This document shows positions 29,855-39,931 of a stretch of 64,000 bases of DNA, piece after piece. This stretch comes from Candidatus Sericytochromatia bacterium. GTDB lineage: Bacteria; Cyanobacteriota; Sericytochromatia; S15B-MN24; JAQBPE01. Under the pieces are notes generated by a model, which was not told the origin of the DNA, ran no database searches, and saw only the letters and a program-made list of their open reading frames with translations. Position 1 is the first letter of the stretch; the number at the start of each line of letters is the position of its first letter. The DNA lies in the NCBI GenBank assembly GCA_040400605.1, contig JBBAPZ010000016.1:25677-89676 (forward strand). The letters run 5' to 3'. The translations under genes were made by a program, and so were the position numbers.

Positions 29855-30652
29855 ATGGTCAGTCAGTTTTTTGAGCGACGCGTCAGTGAGCTTGGCCTGC
29901 CTTATATGGCGTGGCCGCCCCTGGGTGTCAGACACGGTTTTTCAACCCGTCTGGGTGGGGTGAGTGGGGGCGTCTATGCGTCCTTGAATCTGAGCGATGC
30001 GGTGGGTGATAGCCAGTCCAACGTGGCAGTCAATCGGGAACGGTGGGTACATGCGTTGGACTTGTCGCGTGATTGTGTCACGGTGCGGCAGGTTCATGGC
30101 GATCGCGTCGTGGATGCACAGGAAGTTGCCGGTGGTCCCGCCTGCGAAGCGGATGCGTTGACGTCAAATCTTCCATCGCTGCCGATTGGTGTGATGACCG
30201 CTGATTGCGCGGCCATTTTGTTGCATGCGCCAGACGTTGGCGTTGTAGCAGCTGTTCACGCGGGTTGGCGTGGAACGGTCGCGGAAATTGTGATGCAGAG
30301 TATCCAGCGGATGTGTCACAAACACGGCGCAACGGCCTCCGCGATGCGTGCAGCGATTGGACCGGCAATCGGAGCGTGCTGTTTTGACATCGGACCTGAC
30401 GTGGCCACCCGGATCCGCTTGAAGGATTGGGGTGCCAAGGTTTTAACCGAGAGAAACGATCGATGCCACATGGACCTCGTGGAGGCCAATGTGCTGCAAA
30501 TGACCGCAATGGGGCTTACACGATCATCGATTGGTGTCGCGAATCAGTGCACCCGTTGCGCGTCTGATCATTTTTTTTCGTATCGTGGCAGTGGCGGGCT
30601 GACAGGACGGATGTTGGCAACGGTCACCAACGTGCCTGACGGTTCTTCCTGA
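29855..30652 (+). CDS. pgeF: YfiH/PgeF family protein
   Basis: HGFSTRLGGVS, QVHGD, ADAL, MTADC, HAGWRG, IGPAIGACC, FFSYR. Confidence 0.92.
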   Translation: MVSQFFERRVSELGLPYMAWPPLGVRHGFSTRLGGVSGGVYASLNLSDAVGDSQSNVAVNRERWVHALDLSRDCVTVRQVHGDRVVDAQEVAGGPACEADALTSNLPSLPIGVMTADCAAILLHAPDVGVVAAVHAGWRGTVAEIVMQSIQRMCHKHGATASAMRAAIGPAIGACCFDIGPDVATRIRLKDWGAKVLTERNDRCHMDLVEANVLQMTAMGLTRSSIGVANQCTRCASDHFFSYRGSGGLTGRMLATVTNVPDGSS

Positions 30653-31497
30653 TGCGCGTGCCAGTTTTGGGTTTTGTCGTTGGACTTGTTTCGATTTCGC
30701 TCATCTTGATGCTTGGCTTACGCGTCTTGTTCAGATGGTTCGCGCTGGATGCTTCAGCGTCATCCTTGCCGTGGTTCTCTTTGTTGGTGTCCGTTTTTTG
30801 TGTGTTGACGCCAGCCATCGTTGCCATCTACTGGCCGCCGCGTGTGGCATTGGGAAAGTTCCCCAGTCTCCGGATCGGGCGCGTGGGCCCCTCATTGGGT
30901 ATCTTGTTTTTGTCTGGCCCGATCTACATCTGCTTTGCGTCAATCGAGTTGACCATCGGAGGAAGGTTGCACGCCAACGCCTTGGCAACCGGTGATACGT
31001 GGCTGCCGCAGGCGAGTTGGGAAATGCTGGTCTTCGCCTGGTTCGCCTTGGGACTTTTGCCAGCAATCAGTGAAGAGATGCTTTATCGCGGTGTGGTGCA
31101 AGGTGTTTTGATTCGCGCTTTGGCGCCTTGGGTCGCGATCGTGGTGACCGGCGGACTCTTTGCGGTGGCGCACCTGGATGTGTCGGGTTTGTTACCGCGC
31201 TTGCTTCTCGGACTCTGGTTCGGTTATTTGTATCGGGAAACCGGCAAACTTGGCGTCGCCATTTTTGCGCATCTTCTCAACAATTCTTGGGCACTCGTTT
31301 TGGCCGCGCTTAGCGTGTCACTGGATACATTGCCCGGTCACGTCTGGTTTTTGGCTTGGTTGTTGGTGATATTGGGTATTGGCGTCTGGGTGTGGGATTG
31401 GTACAAGATGCGTCAGGCAGAAGAAAATTGGCCCGCGATGCTGCAACGCACTGATGAGCCGCGCTTCATTCCTCTGAAGCTGCCCGAATCCGACTGA
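30652..31497 (+). CDS. CPBP family (CAAX protease-like) intramembrane glutamic protease
   Basis: SEEMLYRG, LFAVAH, AHLLNN; multiple TM helices. Confidence 0.88.
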   Translation: MRVPVLGFVVGLVSISLILMLGLRVLFRWFALDASASSLPWFSLLVSVFCVLTPAIVAIYWPPRVALGKFPSLRIGRVGPSLGILFLSGPIYICFASIELTIGGRLHANALATGDTWLPQASWEMLVFAWFALGLLPAISEEMLYRGVVQGVLIRALAPWVAIVVTGGLFAVAHLDVSGLLPRLLLGLWFGYLYRETGKLGVAIFAHLLNNSWALVLAALSVSLDTLPGHVWFLAWLLVILGIGVWVWDWYKMRQAEENWPAMLQRTDEPRFIPLKLPESD

Positions 31498-31702
31498 CGT
31501 CCTGATTGGGAAACAATTCCGTGGTGGCATCGTTGGTTGCAGTTGTTGCCTCGAAAAACGCAGTGGCGCTTTGTCTGCATCCCGGCCATCGTCAATCGTT
31601 CTGGCGCAAACGCACGCATTCACGATGCGATGGGATTGACAAGGTGTTTGGAAGCGATTTAAAAAGCCAGTCTTGAGTGTCGAATCCCGCGAGCCAGGCG
31701 CC

Positions 31703-32509
31703 TCAGGAGGCGTTCACAAGTCGATTGCGGAAGCGATTCCATAACTGCCAGAGCACGAAACCGAATCCGACCAGCACCATGGGGACACTCAGCAACATGC
31801 CGGCCGTGATGTTGGGCATGATGAAAGACAGTTGGGCATCAGGCTCGCGAAAAAACTCGGCGATGATTCGAAACGTGCCATAAAAGCCGAAGAAGCTCCA
31901 GAACAACACGCCGGGTGGCAGATTCCTGGTACGCGTGAACCACAAAATCAAGAACAGGACGACGCCTTCGAGCGCAAACTCATAAAGTTGAGAGGGGTGT
32001 CGCGGTAAATTCAGGGGATCCGTTGGAAATTGCATCGCCCAACTGACGTCAGTGGCGCGGCCCCAAAGTTCGCCGTTGATAAAATTGCCCAGACGTCCGA
32101 GGCCAAGGCCGATCGGAATTGCTGGAATCACCGCATCCGCGATGCGGTAGAAGGGTATGCCGCGCGTGTAGCTGAACAACAGGCCGCCCCAAATGGTGCC
32201 GATCAAACCGCCATGAAATGACATGCCGCCATGCCACAGCGCGAATATCTCCAGAGGATGCATCAGAAACATCAATGGGTTGTAAAACAGTACATAGCCC
32301 AGTCGCCCACCCAACAACACGCCCATGAAAATGTAGAACGCGAAATCAGACAAGGTGTCGGCATCGAGCCGCAAATCGGTTTCTTTGGCGCGTTTTTTCA
32401 AGATCGCGAATCCCGCGACGAAACCCAGAATGTACATTAGTCCGTACCAGCGGACCTGCAACGGTCCGAGGCTGATCAACGTTGGACTGAATTGAGGATA
32501 AGGGATCAT
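31703..32509 (-). CDS. lgt: Prolipoprotein diacylglyceryl transferase
   Basis: VRWYGLMY, GGRLGYVLFY, GGMSFHGG, GRLGNFINGELWGR, HPSQLYE, EFFREPD. Confidence 0.96.
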   Translation of the reverse strand: MIPYPQFSPTLISLGPLQVRWYGLMYILGFVAGFAILKKRAKETDLRLDADTLSDFAFYIFMGVLLGGRLGYVLFYNPLMFLMHPLEIFALWHGGMSFHGGLIGTIWGGLLFSYTRGIPFYRIADAVIPAIPIGLGLGRLGNFINGELWGRATDVSWAMQFPTDPLNLPRHPSQLYEFALEGVVLFLILWFTRTRNLPPGVLFWSFFGFYGTFRIIAEFFREPDAQLSFIMPNITAGMLLSVPMVLVGFGFVLWQLWNRFRNRLVNAS

Positions 32510-32678
32510 GGCGTATCTCACCTTTCCAGGATCCGGACCCACCGCGCGTTTCCGGCAAGGCACCCGAGCCTGACCCCTTATCTTACCACGACTGATTATG
32601 ACCTTCGACACGTTTTGCCACCCAAGAGGCTGGTGCCTGGCGTGCCGTGATAAAATACCCGATGGGGAGGACGATGGT

Positions 32679-33236
32679 TTGACTGAGTTGCCGTTGCAGG
32701 TTTTGATCAGTCCGTTTGTGATTGCCTTGGTGGCGATCGCCTTGATGGGCTTCGCTGGTCGCGATCGCATCAACACGGAATCCCAGATGTCAGGTCGCAT
32801 CAAAGACTTGGCAGGTAGTGTCAAAATGCGGCTTCTGTGCTATCTGGGGGGTCACCCGGATGTCCCTGGTTTCTTTCTTGCCCCGGTTGTGGTGTTTGCC
32901 AAAGACGGATTGCTTTTGTTTGAGCGGCGTGGACGACGTGCGATCGCCACACTCCCTTGGGCCGCGCTTGAACAATGGCAAGTTGAAACCTTGCCTGCTT
33001 TTGAAGTCGCATCCAGCACGGTACGGGGCTTGGATCGTGCGGTGCTCGCTGAGTTGCCACCCGATTGCTTGATCGCTCGCTTTCGCTATCGAGACGACAA
33101 TGGGTGGTGGCAAAATGTCGCACTCGGCTTGCACGGGCCTGATGCGGCGAGTCAGATTGCAGCGATGGAAACCCACGTTCCGGTAACCGCCAAGGCGATT
33201 CATAAACCGACTCCGGGATCGGCTGAGGCGAGCTGA
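32679..33236 (+). CDS. Hypothetical protein with N-terminal TM anchor
   Basis: GGGGAGG before TTG 32679; one TM helix then YLGGHP. Confidence 0.6.
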   Translation: MTELPLQVLISPFVIALVAIALMGFAGRDRINTESQMSGRIKDLAGSVKMRLLCYLGGHPDVPGFFLAPVVVFAKDGLLLFERRGRRAIATLPWAALEQWQVETLPAFEVASSTVRGLDRAVLAELPPDCLIARFRYRDDNGWWQNVALGLHGPDAASQIAAMETHVPVTAKAIHKPTPGSAEAS

Positions 33237-33269
33237 ACACGTCACAGGGGCATCTGCTACAATGATTGC

Positions 33270-33728
33270 GTGCGCAGTCTGTATGCTTGTTTATTTCTGC
33301 CTGTTGTCTGCTTGACCTTCGGAATTGTTTCACCGGGCGCCGTGGCGGCTGACTATCTGGTCCGCTCAGAAACCCCCTCGAAACCGTTGCGGGAAGTGAA
33401 GGACGATAACCTGCCGCGTTTTTTTGGCCTTCCGCGTGAGAATCCGTGGGTCGCGGGAGGATTGTCCATAGCGGTGAATGGCCTCGGGCAGTTTTACAAT
33501 CAGGAACCGCAAAAAGGTTGGGCCATGGCCTCTGGTTGGCTATTGTTTCCGGTGGCGTGGGTTGGCGACGGGCTCACGCAGGGTGCCGCTCTGCGTGTTT
33601 TTGCCTACACGTTTAACATGGGTGTGAAAGTCTGGTCTGTTTGGGATGCGTTTACGGTTGCAGGACAAGGCACGGGTAAGCAGAAGCTGCCTGATGGCAA
33701 ACCGGAACGCGCGCCTGTTCGACCTTGA
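33270..33728 (+). CDS. Hypothetical membrane/secreted protein
   Basis: Signal-peptide-like N-terminus; NPWVAGGLS...GLGQFYN...KG...WSVWDA hydrophobic hairpin pattern. Confidence 0.65.
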   Translation: MRSLYACLFLPVVCLTFGIVSPGAVAADYLVRSETPSKPLREVKDDNLPRFFGLPRENPWVAGGLSIAVNGLGQFYNQEPQKGWAMASGWLLFPVAWVGDGLTQGAALRVFAYTFNMGVKVWSVWDAFTVAGQGTGKQKLPDGKPERAPVRP

Positions 33729-33741
33729 ATCTGAGGGTGTG

Positions 33742-36321
33742 ATGCTGGAATACTGTCGGTATAACATCGTGGCGCGTTGGGTGCGTGGCGCGTTGGCCGT
33801 TTTTTTGGCGCTCACTGGCTGGACATCATCGGTGGCTGCGGCAGATGCCGAAGCAGGCGCAGATTTCGTCTCGTTGTGGGGCTACACGGGACTGGTGATG
33901 ATGCCAAGCGCGCACGTGATGCGTCTGCGCGGGGCTGGCCTTGGCGCTCAGTTATTGTCCTATGACGCGCGTTACGCACCGACGGTTTACGGCACCTTCG
34001 GTGTTTTGGATCGGATTGAAGCATCTTTGGTGTACGGGGTCCCGGCACGGGATCTGACCGGATTGACAGGACACATCAAGTATCAACTGGTGCAACCCAC
34101 CCGTGAACGACCGATTGCCGTTGCGGTGGGACTCAGTTTGATTGGTGTTGCCAGTGGCGAACGTTATGTCGATGGCAACAACCTCTATCTGGTTGTGAGT
34201 CAGGATATTCAGGTGCCTTGGGGTGGGCGGCGTCTGACTGTCGGAACTGGTCACTTTGGCTTTAGCGGCAACCCGATGACCGACTCGCGCATGATGGGTG
34301 GAATGAGTGTTCCGATCGGGACGGATGCGTCGTTGGTGGGGGAGTATCTGGGTTCAGCAGGTGTTAAGAGCGGCGTTTTTAACTTGGGTTTGTCGTATCG
34401 TTTGTTTGAGGACTTCCGGTTGCGTGTGTTCACGATGGGGTTACCGGATCGTCCGTGGACTGAACGGGAATGGGGTTTGGGTTTGGGGTATCTGGGTCAG
34501 GTTGGTGGCGATCGCGACACGGATGTCGGGCGCACCGATGACCCGTCTCGTGAAGCTCCCGTCATCAAGGTGACGCCCGCACCACGTAAGCCCAATCCAC
34601 TCCCGTCGGAATTTATTGTGCCGTTGCCGCCGCGCATTCCTGATGCATCGGATGCCGGTGCGCCTTTGCCTGCAAATACTGAAGTACCATCACGTGTGTC
34701 AAGTCCGAGCGTCAAGCCGTTGATTACCGCAATGCCGAGCCCATTCTCCCAAACTGCGCCGATTACGTTCCCAACGCAGCCATCACCTACTCAGGCCCAA
34801 TCCCTTTTGGGCGACGCTTCAACGACACAACCGTTTCGCGGGAACCCGCAGGTATCAAAGCCGTTAATGACACAGTCACCTAACGAACCAACCCTGACAA
34901 CAATGCCGACGCACCGTGTCACGTCGAAACCATCTCGCCCTCTTGTCGCGATGACGCCCTTGCCGCGTGTGTCACCAAGCATGTCGCCGTCGGCTGCTTT
35001 CGTGACGCCTGTGCCACGTCAATCAATGGGTCCATCTCAGGCCTCCGCTTTCAAGACGCCTGTGCCGCGTATGTCGACGCGTCCGTCTCAGGCGGCAGCT
35101 TTGGTGACACCTGTGCCGCGTGTGTCAACGGGTCCATCACCGTCGTTGGCTTTCGGGACATCTGTGCCGCGCACGTCACCGGCTCCGTCTCAGGCGTTGG
35201 TGACAGAGACGCCTGTGCGTCGTGACATGCCACGTTCTTCGTCACCGGTTGGTGCGGCAACGGCTTCGTCGGGCGTTTTTCTGGAGTTGGATGGTTTGAT
35301 GGGAATGGTTGCGGGGACACTTTTGGATGAACGGGGACGGGCGCTACCAGGTTGGATGATCCGGGTGAAGGATGGGCCGTGGTCGGTTGTCACTGAGGAT
35401 GCCGGTCGGTTTCGAATGCGTTTGCCTTTGGGTCCGCATGAATTGATTGTGCAGGATAAAAAGGGTGACATTTACTTGCGTAAGATGGTGCGTTTGATTA
35501 GCCCACGCGGACTTGACCTTCAGCTCAGTGCCAATTTGGCGCGTGGGTCGATCAAGGGTATCGTCCGGGATCGCGAAACGCGTGCAGGCTTATCCGGCGC
35601 GACTGTCCGTATTTTGGGCAATGGTGAAAACAGGGCAGTTCAAACCGGCGCAACAGGGAGCTTTTCAGTGGCGGATGTACCTCGCGGAACGTTTCAACTG
35701 CAGGTAACGCGGCCGCAATATGATGCGCAACGCGTGACGGTACAGGTACAGGACCAACGGGAAGATCCCGTGGTCGTCGACCTCGCTTCGCAACCCGGTT
35801 TGCTGTCTGGACGGGTTGTCACAGCTGTCGGTGCACCGTTTGCCAGAGTCGAAGTGCTGGTGGATGGCGTCAAGCGCGCCGTGACGGACCAAGATGGGCA
35901 CTATACGTTTAAGGATGTGTCATCTGGCAAGCGTGAGCTTGTACTGGTACAGTCCGGAAGGCGTTTGTTGGCAAAGACTGTTGAGGTGAAGCCAGGCGCA
36001 AAGGTCGTTGAAAATTTCAGCGTGGCTGCTTGGGACGATTCCGGTCAAAAGCCGGGCGTGATTGCCGGCCTGATCGTTGATGGTGTGTCAAAACAGGTGC
36101 TGGGTGGGGTTAAATTGGTGGTTGAAGGCCAGGATTTGACGGTATTGACGTTAAGCGATGCCCAAGGAAAGTTCAATGTGACTGATTTGCCGCCCGGACG
36201 TTATGCAATTACCGCGAGTCGGCCACGTTACCAGAAAAAATCGGCGTCTGCCAGTGTCACCGCGCAAACCGGTGCGTGGGTAACCCTCGCCTTGCAGCCG
36301 TTGGCAGGACAAGTGCCGTGA
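33742..36321 (+). CDS. Large surface protein: N-terminal YjbH-like beta-barrel region, Pro/Ser/Thr linker and about four carboxypeptidase-regulatory-like beta-sandwich repeats
   Basis: GYTGLVMMPSA after the signal peptide; repeated GxxxGxVxD...G.F...DV(L)PxGxY modules. Confidence 0.75.
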   Translation: MLEYCRYNIVARWVRGALAVFLALTGWTSSVAAADAEAGADFVSLWGYTGLVMMPSAHVMRLRGAGLGAQLLSYDARYAPTVYGTFGVLDRIEASLVYGVPARDLTGLTGHIKYQLVQPTRERPIAVAVGLSLIGVASGERYVDGNNLYLVVSQDIQVPWGGRRLTVGTGHFGFSGNPMTDSRMMGGMSVPIGTDASLVGEYLGSAGVKSGVFNLGLSYRLFEDFRLRVFTMGLPDRPWTEREWGLGLGYLGQVGGDRDTDVGRTDDPSREAPVIKVTPAPRKPNPLPSEFIVPLPPRIPDASDAGAPLPANTEVPSRVSSPSVKPLITAMPSPFSQTAPITFPTQPSPTQAQSLLGDASTTQPFRGNPQVSKPLMTQSPNEPTLTTMPTHRVTSKPSRPLVAMTPLPRVSPSMSPSAAFVTPVPRQSMGPSQASAFKTPVPRMSTRPSQAAALVTPVPRVSTGPSPSLAFGTSVPRTSPAPSQALVTETPVRRDMPRSSSPVGAATASSGVFLELDGLMGMVAGTLLDERGRALPGWMIRVKDGPWSVVTEDAGRFRMRLPLGPHELIVQDKKGDIYLRKMVRLISPRGLDLQLSANLARGSIKGIVRDRETRAGLSGATVRILGNGENRAVQTGATGSFSVADVPRGTFQLQVTRPQYDAQRVTVQVQDQREDPVVVDLASQPGLLSGRVVTAVGAPFARVEVLVDGVKRAVTDQDGHYTFKDVSSGKRELVLVQSGRRLLAKTVEVKPGAKVVENFSVAAWDDSGQKPGVIAGLIVDGVSKQVLGGVKLVVEGQDLTVLTLSDAQGKFNVTDLPPGRYAITASRPRYQKKSASASVTAQTGAWVTLALQPLAGQVP
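34954..35223 (+). repeat. In-frame 51-bp (17-aa) degenerate tandem repeat, 5 copies plus a partial
   Basis: Units start at 34954, 35005, 35056, 35107, 35158, 35209; consensus TPVPRxSxxPSxxxAxx. Confidence 0.9.
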
Positions 36322-37271
36322 TGGCTCGAACGCAGATAACGACAGATTACCGGGTGATTGACCATCTCTGGGATCTTGAGTGGTGGCGCAAGAGCCTTTT
36401 AAAGCTTGCGTCTGGCGAATGGGACTGGCGTCACGATCTGCTGCCAGATGTGTTGACGTGGATGACCCAGACCGGGTTTACATTGTTGGCTGTGGCCTTT
36501 TTTGCGCATGTGGCCTGGCGTTTGTGTGATGGTTTGATTACGCGTTTGTTCGCGATGATCAATTACCGTTTGCTGCCGGATGATCGCATTCGGATGAACC
36601 AGCGAACCGTGACGTTGGCTGGAATTTTGCGCAGTTTGTGCAAGGTGCTGATCGTGTTTATCGCGTCGACGATCGTGTTGGCGCGATTGGGAGTAAACGT
36701 GGCACCCATTTTGGCGTCGGCCGGTGTTGTCGGTCTGGCGGTGGGCTTTGGCGCCCAAAGCCTGGTCAAAGATGTGATCAGCGGTTTTTTTGTGTTGCTG
36801 GAAGACCAGTACGGTGTCGGTGACGTGATTGAGGTTGGTGGGCATACAGGGGTGGTGGAACGGATGAATTTGCGGGTCACGCAGATCCGACACGCGAACG
36901 GTGCGTTGATTAGCGTTCCGAATGGTAGTGTGACAACCGTTACGAATCACACCAAGGATTGGACTCGTGCAATCGTCGATGTTGGCATCGGTTACGCGCA
37001 ATCACCGGAGGAAGTGCTGGCGGCTTTGCAGGAAATTGCCGCAACGGTTGTGAGAATTTTGCCGGAAAAAACCGTCCGCGACGTCGAAGTGTTCGGCATT
37101 GAAGGCTTTAAAGATTCAGAATTGACCTATCGTATTCAGCTGCGCGTGGCACCACACGCGCAAGCGAAGGCGTCGCGTGAGTTACGCCTGGCGTTATGGC
37201 GTGCGATGCGCGAAGAGCGTTTGCTACCGTCCTCGGCAGTGCGGCAGGCATTTCAGAGTGGAGGTTGGTAA
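36321..37271 (+). CDS. MscS-family mechanosensitive channel
   Basis: LASAGVVGLAVGFGAQSLVKDVISGFF, EDQYGVGD, VPNG. Confidence 0.9.
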   Translation: MARTQITTDYRVIDHLWDLEWWRKSLLKLASGEWDWRHDLLPDVLTWMTQTGFTLLAVAFFAHVAWRLCDGLITRLFAMINYRLLPDDRIRMNQRTVTLAGILRSLCKVLIVFIASTIVLARLGVNVAPILASAGVVGLAVGFGAQSLVKDVISGFFVLLEDQYGVGDVIEVGGHTGVVERMNLRVTQIRHANGALISVPNGSVTTVTNHTKDWTRAIVDVGIGYAQSPEEVLAALQEIAATVVRILPEKTVRDVEVFGIEGFKDSELTYRIQLRVAPHAQAKASRELRLALWRAMREERLLPSSAVRQAFQSGGW

Positions 37272-37948
37272 TGGACCTTTCAAGTGCCGACTTGACCACA
37301 TCACAGGTGGCACGCATTCTTGGCGTGTCACCATCATTGATTCGAACGTGGACCGTTTCGATGAATTGGGAGGTGCGTCGCAATGCGGAAGGGCACCGTG
37401 TGTTTGGTGAGGCGGATCTCGCGAAATTACGTGAATTGAAATCCTGGTTGGACGGTGGTCGTCATTTAAAGGAATTCCGGCAAGTCGCCTATGGTAGTGG
37501 TGAATATGACCCGCGGATCGAGTTGAAGGCCAATTTCCGGCGGGTCAAGGAGTTACTGTCGCAACACGAAGCCATCTTAACGAAACAGGCCAAATTGCTC
37601 GAAGATTTTGCCGAAGCGGGTCACACTTGGTTACGGCGCGTGGAGGCGGTAAGCGAAGAGCAACGCGCAACCACTGACGCCTCATCGTCAAGTGCTAGCG
37701 ATGAGGCGTTGCAATCGGCATTTATCGTGGAAGGTGTGCTGAAACAATTGTTATGTGAAACCTTAGCGCGTCAAGGCAAATTACGATATGCGGGATCCGA
37801 TACAGCCGGCGAGAAAGTTCGCAAGCGCTATGTGGCGCCGGATGGACGTCAACAGGTTGTCGAAGACTGGTGCCGGGAGCCGCGAACCAAAGCGTTGCTC
37901 GACGCCGTCGTCCAAGCGCTTGTCTCGCCTGCCCCCGTGCCACAGTAA
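37271..37948 (+). CDS. MerR-type HTH protein with coiled-coil C-terminus
   Basis: TTSQVARILGVSPSLIRTW...RNAEGHRVF; SD GGAGG; TAATG overlap with the mscS stop. Confidence 0.8.
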   Translation: MDLSSADLTTSQVARILGVSPSLIRTWTVSMNWEVRRNAEGHRVFGEADLAKLRELKSWLDGGRHLKEFRQVAYGSGEYDPRIELKANFRRVKELLSQHEAILTKQAKLLEDFAEAGHTWLRRVEAVSEEQRATTDASSSSASDEALQSAFIVEGVLKQLLCETLARQGKLRYAGSDTAGEKVRKRYVAPDGRQQVVEDWCREPRTKALLDAVVQALVSPAPVPQ

Positions 37949-37971
37949 ACCGTGTCGACGTCTTTCACCAG

Positions 37972-38484
37972 CTACAGACGAATAAGGTGAATTTCCCCGG
38001 ATACGGATCTGATCTGTGACTCAGATTCGTCCAGTGCGAATCCGATCCGACGCCCCTCGCCATAGTCAAACCATAGTAACCAGCCCGCTGGAATTTTGGT
38101 TTTGCCGCAGTCAACGAATTGCGTCGGCAGCGATGCGGGCATCAGATTGAAAGCGATGCCAACCGCATCAGTTGCTCCCGTCGCAGTGTTGGGAAGCGGC
38201 TTGTCAAACTCAAAGCACTCTTTGCGCACTTTTTGGTTGGTATCGAACTCAACGATGGTTCGGCCATTGAGTTGACGACCGGTTTTTTGCGCGACCCACG
38301 TGTCGCGGTAAACATAAGCGGTGTGACCATCGCTTGTCGTCATTTTCTGGATAGATTGCCCGCTGATGGCTTCGAATTCTTTTTGGGTCATGCCAACCTG
38401 GGCCTCGGTGTCTGGCACGGCGGTCAGCCACAAGCCAGCCGCGAGCCACGTGCACCACCAAGTTCTAACGCTCAAGCCGTTCAT
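37972..38484 (-). CDS. Hypothetical secreted protein
   Basis: SD GGGAGG; signal-peptide-like N-terminus ending TEA-Q. Confidence 0.7.
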   Translation of the reverse strand: MNGLSVRTWWCTWLAAGLWLTAVPDTEAQVGMTQKEFEAISGQSIQKMTTSDGHTAYVYRDTWVAQKTGRQLNGRTIVEFDTNQKVRKECFEFDKPLPNTATGATDAVGIAFNLMPASLPTQFVDCGKTKIPAGWLLWFDYGEGRRIGFALDESESQIRSVSGEIHLIRL

Positions 38485-38751
38485 GGCGCCTCCCGTCTCT
38501 TTCAGACAAAAGAAATCATAACGGCTCCCCTATTCCCACGCCTACAGTCAAACCAGGCTTAGACCACGCACAAGTGCCAGGTGTCGTGCGATCGAAGCGT
38601 AAAGCCAACGCGAAACCTTAGTCTTGCGCGACGCAGCAAGCGCTTGGAAACAAGCGTGACGCACCGTGTTTCAACAGTAAACAGCACGGACTGAAGATGG
38701 AAAGGTGTCTTGGCACGTCCGTCATGCTCGCTGATCTTTCATTACACGACG

Positions 38752-38782
38752 AACTTAAATTAACACAAAAGAAAACTTAACT
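38752..38782 (+). promoter_or_regulatory. AT-rich putative regulator site
   Basis: AACTTAA repeated at 38752 and 38774 (22 bp apart); GAAAACTTAA is identical to the minus-strand 10-mer at 14423-14432. Confidence 0.45.
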
Positions 38783-38892
38783 GATTGTTAGTGATCATTC
38801 GCAATTTCTGTAACCTATTTGTAACCGTCGCATCAGATAAGAATCGTGTGGTGGTTAATGGTGTTTTATCATCCGGGAAAGGAAACTTGGTA

Positions 38893-39906
38893 ATGCAAGT
38901 GACGAGTCAGTTGAGACCGGTGGAGAGACCGCCCCTCGCGCTTGGTGGAGCTTTGCTGCAGCCAGGTGATGCGTCGCCGACGGTTCGTGCGTTGCAACTG
39001 AACTTGTTGGCAAGGGGTTTTGATCCTGGACCGCTCGATGGCATCTATGGTTATCAGGTTGAACAGGCAGTGATGGCATTTCAGAGTGCCAACGGTCTGG
39101 CTGTAGATGGCATTGTTGGGCCAGACACGCTGGAACGTTTGAATGCCGTGGTGACGCCAGGAGCGATTGACACGCGTTCCACGTGGCAGGTATCCAACAA
39201 GATCTGGCGCAACTTTGGGCATCGGATGGTGCAGGGTAGCTACGTCAATATGTCTCCTGGCGGGCGTTTACTGTGGGCGGACACGCAAACGGCGGTGAGT
39301 CCACATCAGTGGGCGGCCTTCGCGTCGCATCAGCGAGAGGTGATTTTAGCGGCTGTGCCTGTCGGCATGCGCCAAACGATGTTGGCGAATTTGCAAAATG
39401 GGAATCCGCAGGCGGCGACTGGGCCTGTAACGTCTCCGAAGCCGACTTCACCAAAGACATTGCCGCCAACGGGTTCGCGTGCGGCGCAAGATATGGCTAA
39501 TTTGGAGCGTGTGGCGCGCTCAGCCTCCAATGGCAAGCGCCCGGATGGTTATTGTTATATGCACGTCTGGAACTTTATTTCCCGCAGTGGTTACGGCAAC
39601 ATGCCAGGTGAGGGGATCCCGGACTCACATGCTGCGGAAGCGCGGATGTTTGCAGAGTACGCTGACAGAAACCTGTCTCGTTTAGGTCTGCGCAAGTTAG
39701 CGATCGACAACCCTTACAAAGCGCCAGCCGGGGCGATTGTTGTTGTTCGGGCGGGGACTCCAGGGACTGCGCACCCAACCGCGGGCGATATCGCGGTGGC
39801 GAGTGGCGATGGGCGTTTCTGGAATGGTGGATCGATGGGCTATGGTGGCTCTGGTAATTTTTCGTCTGGTAATCGCCTTGTATTGGGTATTTACGTCCCT
39901 GAATGA
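38893..39906 (+). CDS. Peptidoglycan-binding domain protein with CHAP/NlpC-like C-terminal domain
   Basis: LQPGD...VRALQ...DGIYG...AVMAFQ...GLAVDGIVGPDT (PG_binding_1); C-terminal GYCY...PAGAIVV...GDIAV. Confidence 0.8.
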   Translation: MQVTSQLRPVERPPLALGGALLQPGDASPTVRALQLNLLARGFDPGPLDGIYGYQVEQAVMAFQSANGLAVDGIVGPDTLERLNAVVTPGAIDTRSTWQVSNKIWRNFGHRMVQGSYVNMSPGGRLLWADTQTAVSPHQWAAFASHQREVILAAVPVGMRQTMLANLQNGNPQAATGPVTSPKPTSPKTLPPTGSRAAQDMANLERVARSASNGKRPDGYCYMHVWNFISRSGYGNMPGEGIPDSHAAEARMFAEYADRNLSRLGLRKLAIDNPYKAPAGAIVVVRAGTPGTAHPTAGDIAVASGDGRFWNGGSMGYGGSGNFSSGNRLVLGIYVPE

Positions 39907-39931
39907 CCTGTTGAGTCGGGATTTGGTGCTG

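Noticed and set aside
32510..32824. N-terminal extension of the lgt ORF
   Set aside because: Overlaps the divergent gene; Lgt similarity and the SD point to ATG 32509
34954..35223. Regularly spaced repeats as a possible CRISPR array
   Set aside because: Degenerate in-frame 51-bp coding repeat; no conserved repeat-spacer structure and no cas genes
38485..38892. c-di-AMP or c-di-GMP riboswitch upstream of the PG-binding gene
   Set aside because: Could not match the conserved motifs by eye
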